DNA from: an uncultured bacterium
Lineage (GTDB): Bacteria; Chloroflexota; UBA5177; JANWHV01
DNA: 64,000 nucleotides
Assembly (NCBI GenBank): GCA_963827235.1
Contig: CAWHAE010000012.1
Location: 768,001-832,000 of the forward strand
Direction of reading: 5' to 3'
Of the stretch, positions 58,240-64,000 are shown in pieces (within the stretch, counting starts at the first letter, position 1; the number at the start of each line of letters is the position of its first letter). The position numbers and the translations under genes are program-made. The notes beneath the pieces are model-generated. The model made no database searches. It was not told the DNA's origin and worked only from the letters and a program-made list of their open reading frames with translations.

Positions 58240-59127
58240 ATGTCCGATGTGACGCTGAAGAATCTCTACGACTGGTGCAGCATTCCGGTGGAGCAGCTGC
58301 TGGAGCACAAGGGTCGTCGCGTTCCTTTGCGCCTGGTCCAGGATTCGGCCGAGATGGGTCGCGTCATGGCGCAGGACTTCATCGACGTGATCGCGGGCAA
58401 CGCCGGCCGCGGCGCACCGACCACGGCCATCGTGCCGTGTGGACCGAATGCCTGGTACCGGCCGTTTACCGACATGGTGAACGCGCGCGGACTGTCGCTG
58501 CAGAATCTGCACGTGTTCCACATGGACGAGTGTCTGGACTGGCAGGCACAGCCACTGCCCAAGCGGCATCCGCTCAACTTCCGATCGTTCATGGAAGAGC
58601 ACTTCTACGGCGGTATCAGGCCGGAGCTCGCGGTTCCCGAGACGCAACGGCACTGGCTGCTCCCCTCCACAGCTGACCGCGTGCGCGCGCAGATCGCCGA
58701 AGCCCAAGTCGACATCACCCTCGGCGGATGGGGACAGGACGGCCACCTGGCCTACAATCAAGCGCGCCGGCAGCCTTTCAGCCAGGTGACACTCGAGCAG
58801 ATAGCCGACAGCACGATCCGCATCCAGGACAACAACCTCGATACCGTTCTGGCCCTTGCACAGCGCAACTTCGGCGCCGCCTACCAGTTCGTGCCGCCTA
58901 TGTCGATCACGCTTGGCGTGCGAGAATGCCTGTCGGCACGGCAGGTGCGCATATTCAGTGACACCGGCGCCTGGAAACAGACCGCTTTGCGGGTGGCGCT
59001 GTTCTCTGAACCGACCGCCGAGTACCCGATGACCCTGTTGCAGCGCCATCCAGACGCGCTGATCACCGCTACTCTGGACACAGCGCGGCATCCGATAAGC
59101 GAGCATCCGGAATGGCAGTTGTTCTAG
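58240..59127 (+). CDS. NagB/glucosamine-6-phosphate isomerase-like sugar-phosphate isomerase
   Basis: FHMDE, HPLNF, LGGWGQDGHLAYN, P..SITLG, P.TLLQ.HP. Confidence 0.85.
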   Translation: MSDVTLKNLYDWCSIPVEQLLEHKGRRVPLRLVQDSAEMGRVMAQDFIDVIAGNAGRGAPTTAIVPCGPNAWYRPFTDMVNARGLSLQNLHVFHMDECLDWQAQPLPKRHPLNFRSFMEEHFYGGIRPELAVPETQRHWLLPSTADRVRAQIAEAQVDITLGGWGQDGHLAYNQARRQPFSQVTLEQIADSTIRIQDNNLDTVLALAQRNFGAAYQFVPPMSITLGVRECLSARQVRIFSDTGAWKQTALRVALFSEPTAEYPMTLLQRHPDALITATLDTARHPISEHPEWQLF

Positions 59128-60335
59128 TGGACGCCGAGGGTCCCGCCCCCCACGGTAGGACGCTAGTGCTGGCCCCGACGGCGCCGTTCCGACGGCTGAT
59201 CGGCGTAGGCGGAATCGGCACCGGGCTGTTCTTCGCACTTGACGGAGAGCACACGCTCGGCCGGAACGAGAGTCGCTCGGGGCGGCTGCTCGACGTGCGC
59301 GACTACTGCAAGCTGCACATCATCACGCACTATGTCGCCGTGCTCCTCGGAGCGCATCCAAGCGGATCGCCGTTCCATGTGCTGCCGATCGGCAAGGTAG
59401 GCGACGACGAGATCGGGGGCCGGCTTATAGAGGAGATGCGCGCGGTCGGCATAGACCTCCGGTGGGTCTACAGGCACGACGACCGACGAACCCTGACCAG
59501 CGTCTGCTTCCAATACTCGGATGGGAGTGGAGGCAACATTACCGCGCGCGATTCGGCTGCCGACAGCCTGACTGCCGCAGACGTCGATCTGGCGGTGCCG
59601 GTGATGCGCAGCGCTCCTGGCCGATCGATAGCCCTGGCCGTGCCCGAGGTGCCGCTAGGCGTCCGTGACCATCTGCTAACGCGTGCTACCGAGACCGGCG
59701 CCTTGCGCGTGGCATCGTTCACACCTTCGGAGATCGGACCGGCGCGTACTGCGGGCATGTTCTCGCGCGTTGACATACTCGCGCTGAACGAAGATGAGGC
59801 AGCCATTCTGGCCGGGGAATCGTTCGATTATCGCCGGCCGGGCCCGTTTCTCCAGTCGTGCGCGACGGTGCTGCGACGGTCGCAGCCGGGGCTGCGCGTG
59901 GTCGTCACTGCGGGCGCGCACGGCGCGTACGCCTGCGACGGCGGGAGCTGGGTACACTGCCCGGCGCCAACCGTTGGCGTGGTCGGCTCGGCCGGAGCGG
60001 GCGATGCTCTGCTGGCCGGCATTATCGCGGCACTGGCGGTCGGCATGCCGTTCGTGGCCCCTGCGGAGGGCAGCGGCGCATGGCAGCTCGCATCCGCCCT
60101 TGACCTTGGCGTGCTACTGGCAGCGTACTCGGTCACATCCCCGCACACTATCCACGATGGGGCCAACCTGTCGTCGTTGCTGTCGTTCGCGAGCAACGTG
60201 GGCATGGACGTGCCCGCTTCCGCGGAGCGGTACATTTCGCTGCCGGATGCCGATGTGGGCGGCCGCCACGACGGCACGACCGGACGCCCGGCGAGCTTGC
60301 CGCTCGGCCGGTTCCAGACTAGTGGTCAGGTATGA
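59112..60335 (+). CDS. PfkB-family carbohydrate kinase
   Basis: GKVGDD..G, LNEDEA, VVTAG..G, GSAGAGDALLAG. Confidence 0.88.
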   Translation: MAVVLVDAEGPAPHGRTLVLAPTAPFRRLIGVGGIGTGLFFALDGEHTLGRNESRSGRLLDVRDYCKLHIITHYVAVLLGAHPSGSPFHVLPIGKVGDDEIGGRLIEEMRAVGIDLRWVYRHDDRRTLTSVCFQYSDGSGGNITARDSAADSLTAADVDLAVPVMRSAPGRSIALAVPEVPLGVRDHLLTRATETGALRVASFTPSEIGPARTAGMFSRVDILALNEDEAAILAGESFDYRRPGPFLQSCATVLRRSQPGLRVVVTAGAHGAYACDGGSWVHCPAPTVGVVGSAGAGDALLAGIIAALAVGMPFVAPAEGSGAWQLASALDLGVLLAAYSVTSPHTIHDGANLSSLLSFASNVGMDVPASAERYISLPDADVGGRHDGTTGRPASLPLGRFQTSGQV

Positions 60336-61510
60336 CGTCGATGAGGAAAACCGGTATTCGGGAGATCGCCAGGCTCGCTAACGTGTCGCCGGGCACGGTG
60401 GACCGTGCCCTGCATGGGCGGCGCGGCATCACTCCGGAAACGCGAGCGCGAATCGTCGCCATCGCCGAGAGTATCGGCTACAGCCCGGATCTCGCGGCAC
60501 GCGCACTTTCTATCGGCCGTGCTCCAGTGCAGATCGGCATCTGCGTTCCGCGCGAGATTCACTACTACTTCGATCACCTGCTGCAGGGCATGCTGGTCGA
60601 GGCACGACGTTTTGAGCGGCTGGGCGTGCAGGTCATCAATAATCCGACGGAGCGGTTCGGCGTCGACGATACACGCAAGGTGAGAGAGCTGCTGGACGCC
60701 CGACCGCAAGCGCTGATTCTCGCCCCCGGGAGCCCGGAGGCGTTGACCCCCTTGATCGACGAGGCAGAGAAGGACGGTATTCGCGTGATTTGTGTCGACA
60801 CCGATGCGCCGTCGAGCAAGCGGTCGACGCTGGTTGCGGTGGATGCCGGCCTGGCAGGCCGGCTTGCCGCCGAGCTGATGTCTAGTCTGGTGGAGCGTGA
60901 CGCCTCCGTAGTAGTGATCACCGGCATGCTCGATCTGGAGAACCACGCGAGGACGGCCCGCAGCTTCGTGGCGTCGTACGCGGAGTACCAGCCCGGGAGT
61001 TCTCCGGTTGAGATTGTCGAAGCATTCGAGGACGAGGATGAGTCGTTCCGCAAGTGCTATGCCCTGCTCAACAGGCGGCCGACCATCGCCGGGATGTACG
61101 TGAACACGGCCAACAGCTTGCCTGTGTGCCGCGCCATAAGCGTGTGCGGTCTTTCGGGGAAAGTGCGACTAATCACCAGCGACGTGTTTCGCGACCTTGT
61201 ACCGTTCTTCGACAAGGGCACGGTATCGGCTGCCGTGCATGGGCGCCCGTTCGCGCTCGGCGAGACGGCGATGAGCCTGATTGTGGATCACCTTCTGAAT
61301 GGCAAGCCGCTACCGACGGCATACCACCTGATGCCGCAGGTGGTGCTACGCTCGAACTGCCGGTACTTTCGTGAGACTCGGCGACCTGATGAGGAACCGC
61401 TCGATCTGGATTCGACCATCGTCCCCACGGGCACGGCAAGCTCCCAAGCTACGACGCCGATGCTCACTTCCAGACGTCACCGCGATCCCGAGGGCACCCA
61501 CGTACAGTAG
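60332..61510 (+). CDS. LacI-family transcriptional regulator
   Basis: IREIARLANVSPGTVDRALHGR..I...TR, Y.P..AARAL, followed by a sugar-binding domain. Confidence 0.93.
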   Translation: MTSMRKTGIREIARLANVSPGTVDRALHGRRGITPETRARIVAIAESIGYSPDLAARALSIGRAPVQIGICVPREIHYYFDHLLQGMLVEARRFERLGVQVINNPTERFGVDDTRKVRELLDARPQALILAPGSPEALTPLIDEAEKDGIRVICVDTDAPSSKRSTLVAVDAGLAGRLAAELMSSLVERDASVVVITGMLDLENHARTARSFVASYAEYQPGSSPVEIVEAFEDEDESFRKCYALLNRRPTIAGMYVNTANSLPVCRAISVCGLSGKVRLITSDVFRDLVPFFDKGTVSAAVHGRPFALGETAMSLIVDHLLNGKPLPTAYHLMPQVVLRSNCRYFRETRRPDEEPLDLDSTIVPTGTASSQATTPMLTSRRHRDPEGTHVQ

Positions 61511-61733
61511 AACCCGGACGTCGCGACGACACCCGGCCACACGACGGGCGTCGTAGACGTGCAGCCGGCGCGGGCAGCCGGCCATGCCTCGCCATCGTGC
61601 GCCGTGCCGCTCGCACCCGGTGCTACGATAGTGGTGGTGCACGTCTACCGAGCTCAGGATTTCACGCTTCGCCCGTGGGTCCGTGCGGTTAAACCGCGTC
61701 ACCGGGGTCGGGCCTGGCAGCAGAGGAGTAGCC

Positions 61734-62801
61734 ATGGATTGCAGGTCCTTGCGGGCGGTCGTACTCTGTCTTTCGACGGTGCTGGTCGCGTCTTCTCCGT
61801 ATGCCTGCCGTGCCTCGGGTGCGCCTCACTCCGCCGCGACCGTGACCGAGCCTGTGTTCCCCCCCGCATCGGCGTTTGTGCTTCCATCGTCCGCAGCCGG
61901 AGGCGCGGTTACCGTGGTCGGTTTGCCGACCAGCGATCTCGGTTGGCCCGCGCCGCCGAAGTCAAGAAACGAATACGACATTGCCGGCCGGACCGCCGTC
62001 TACCGCATCAGCATCTTCTCGAGCGTCACCGACGCCAACGAATCATTCGACTGGCAGATGTCGAATGGCGCGGCGGGCCGGCAGTTTTTGACCGCGTCGC
62101 AGAAATACAGCTCCCGTGAACGCCTCTATGTAGTCGGCGGCTATCTGGTGTACGCCGTCCTTCTTCGCAACGTGGAGTTCGTGCCCAGCGCGCCGACCCA
62201 GAACGGCAGCGCCGACGCGACACAGGCTGTAGAAACGCTGATGCAATATCTCGTGCGCGCGCTGTCGTCCTACATGTCCCGGTCGTCGTCCACATCCACT
62301 ACCACGCCCAGCAGCACGGCCGCGCCCACGAACGGCACGGCAAGCAGGACGGACGCGCGCCTCGTCGCGCTTCGCGCCATGCTGGAGCCGCTGTTTCCCC
62401 TGTTCTGGACCTGCTCCGACGACCTGGACGCCTTCAGCTCATCTCTTCGAGGCTTGCGATCCAGGCCCAACACCACGCAGGACGTGCGCAATACCGCCCA
62501 GGCCGTGAGCGTGGACTGCGAGACCCTGGCGCGTGGTCTGCAGCGCTACGGCAGTACCCTCCCGGCCATACAAGCTGCCCTCCCCGAGCCGCTGAGGTCG
62601 AGCAGCACGGTGGCCGACCTAATCTGGCAACTGCGACGGTTCGTCACGGCATGCGTGGCGATCGCGGGCCAGATCGATCCTCTGCTGGACGGCACCCAGA
62701 GCGACACGAGGCCGCTCGAGACGGAGGTGGCAATCGCCGCCGACGCCAGGGCGCGCGTGATTGCCGACGTGCAGCAGCTCAAGAAGGCGTGGCACTATTA
62801 G
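61734..62801 (+). CDS. Secreted hypothetical protein (two domains joined by a Ser/Thr linker)
   Basis: GAGGAG RBS, signal-like N-terminus, SRSSSTSTTTPSSTAAP linker, helical C-domain. Confidence 0.7.
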   Translation: MDCRSLRAVVLCLSTVLVASSPYACRASGAPHSAATVTEPVFPPASAFVLPSSAAGGAVTVVGLPTSDLGWPAPPKSRNEYDIAGRTAVYRISIFSSVTDANESFDWQMSNGAAGRQFLTASQKYSSRERLYVVGGYLVYAVLLRNVEFVPSAPTQNGSADATQAVETLMQYLVRALSSYMSRSSSTSTTTPSSTAAPTNGTASRTDARLVALRAMLEPLFPLFWTCSDDLDAFSSSLRGLRSRPNTTQDVRNTAQAVSVDCETLARGLQRYGSTLPAIQAALPEPLRSSSTVADLIWQLRRFVTACVAIAGQIDPLLDGTQSDTRPLETEVAIAADARARVIADVQQLKKAWHY

Positions 62802-62836
62802 CGGTCTGCCGGCAGACCGCTAATAGTGCCACGCCT
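62785..62836. repeat. Perfect 52-bp palindrome with no spacer, between convergent genes
   Basis: AGGCGTGGCACTATTAGCGGTCTGCC|GGCAGACCGCTAATAGTGCCACGCCT. Confidence 0.9.
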
Positions 62837-62851
62837 GCAACGCCGAGGGAG

Positions 62852-63619
62852 CTACCAGAGCGTGTAGCCGCCGTCGATCACGAGGGTAGATCCGGTCATG
62901 AAGCGCGAGGCATCGGAGGCCAGGTAGATCAGCGACGGCGCAATCTCCTCAGGCAGGGCATAGCGCTGCATCGGCGCGTCCTCTATCCAGTGGCGCCGGA
63001 ACTCAGGGCGGTCGACCGGTGCCATCGCCGTCTTCACGTATCCGGGGACCAGCGCGTTGACGCGCACGTTGAAGGGCGCCCACTCCGCCGCCAGGGACTT
63101 GGTGAGCTGATGCACTGCCGCTTTGGAGGCGTTGTACGCGGGCTGCATCTGCGGCCGGTTGACGATCAGGGCGGAGAGCGAGCCGATGTTGACGATCACG
63201 CCGCTGCGCCGCTCGACCATCTGGCGCCCCACCGTCTGAGCGCAATACCAGAGCCCGTGCACGTTGACGTCGAACACCTCGTGCCACTCCTCATCCGTGA
63301 CATCGAGGGCCGGCCGATGATAGCAGATGCCGGCGTTGTTCACGAGCACGTCGACCGGCCCCAGACGGTCGCTTACCTCCTGCAGCATATGCTCCACCTG
63401 TACCCGCTTCCGCACGTCCACGTCGACGGCAATAGCCGTGCCGGCTGCTGCTTCTATGGCCCGCACGACTGCTTCGCTGTGCTCGCGGTTTCGAGCCGCG
63501 ATCGCCACGCGCGCTCCTACCCTGGACAGGGCGTGGGCGAACGCTTCGCCGAGTCCCGTGTTGCCACCCGTGACAAGTGCGACTTTCCCCGGCAGTGCGA
63601 ACGATTCCAGTACGTCCAT
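62852..63619 (-). CDS. SDR-family oxidoreductase (polyol/sugar dehydrogenase-like)
   Basis: TGGNTGLG, NNAG, NRPQ.Q.AYNASKAA (YxxxK), PGY, DGG. Confidence 0.93.
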   Translation of the reverse strand: MDVLESFALPGKVALVTGGNTGLGEAFAHALSRVGARVAIAARNREHSEAVVRAIEAAAGTAIAVDVDVRKRVQVEHMLQEVSDRLGPVDVLVNNAGICYHRPALDVTDEEWHEVFDVNVHGLWYCAQTVGRQMVERRSGVIVNIGSLSALIVNRPQMQPAYNASKAAVHQLTKSLAAEWAPFNVRVNALVPGYVKTAMAPVDRPEFRRHWIEDAPMQRYALPEEIAPSLIYLASDASRFMTGSTLVIDGGYTLW

Positions 63620-63655
63620 GCCCGTCTCCTAACCACCGCGATATCGCGGATAGCC

Positions 63656-64000
63656 TCAACCTCCACGCGCATCAGTGCGCGCGCTGCCGACCGACGCCAC
63701 GCTGACCGTAATCAGGGCCGCGATGCCGCGTGGCCCCAGTGCCTCGTGCAGGACTGCCGCGCCGATGATGGCGGCCACTGCGGGCTCAACGCTCATGAGC
63801 ACGCCGAACACCCGGGCCGGCAGCTGCTTGAGCGCAGCGTGCTCGAGCGAGAAGGGGATGACGGTCGAGAGCACGGCCACGCCGATACCGGCAAGCAGCA
63901 GGCGAGGATCGCTCACCGCGGGCCCCGCGCCGGCAACGCCGAGCGGCAGGGCTGCAACGCAGGCAACAACCATGGCTAGCGATAACCCATCGTGCCCGCT
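63656..64000 (-). CDS. EamA/RhtA-like DMT transporter, C-terminal part (truncated by window edge)
   Basis: LSTVIPFSLE..ALKQLP..FGVLMS.EPAVAA. Confidence 0.88.
   Translation of the reverse strand, partial: SGHDGLSLAMVVACVAALPLGVAGAGPAVSDPRLLLAGIGVAVLSTVIPFSLEHAALKQLPARVFGVLMSVEPAVAAIIGAAVLHEALGPRGIAALITVSVASVGSARTDARGG

Noticed and set aside
1-64000. Mobile elements, prophage, tRNA/rRNA and known defence systems
   Set aside because: No transposase, integrase, phage structural, nuclease-effector or tRNA/rRNA signatures recognised by eye

Overview
GC-rich bacterial chromosomal window with about 55 genes. A Chloroflexota-like soil lineage is my inference from the gene mix (vWA/Ser-Thr kinase, SigK/RskA, F420-LLM, SBBP proteins); it is not proven. 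Contents: (i) three carbohydrate clusters: an ABC permease tail plus GH3 glycosidase; a polyol ABC plus mannitol dehydrogenase plus an XRE-LacI hybrid regulator; and an uncharacterised sugar locus with ABC transporter, FucI-like isomerase, NagB-like isomerase, PfkB kinase and LacI; (ii) housekeeping genes mutM, RluA-family synthase, hemA, murA and DedA; (iii) much signalling: a GAF-GAF histidine kinase, an ECF sigma/anti-sigma pair, a LacI-sensor-PAS-GGDEF-EAL protein, an OmpR-type two-component system, and a J-domain-vWA / CYTH / PHP run divergent from a membrane Ser/Thr kinase; (iv) secreted Pro/Thr-rich or beta-propeller proteins beside GT-C-like membrane proteins; (v) several small orphan proteins. 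I saw no rRNA, tRNA, CRISPR array, integrase or transposase. Non-coding signals: a candidate ~130-nt sRNA with its own promoter, two perfect zero-spacer palindromes (38 and 52 bp) between convergent genes, a 94-nt rod-like hairpin, and candidate LacI and ArsR operators. Four genes in the first 19 kb carry frameshifts that look like sequencing indels. Best candidates for an undescribed system are the J-vWA/kinase/CYTH/PHP locus and the atypical sugar-isomerase pathway. All family calls come from motif recognition by eye, with no database search.
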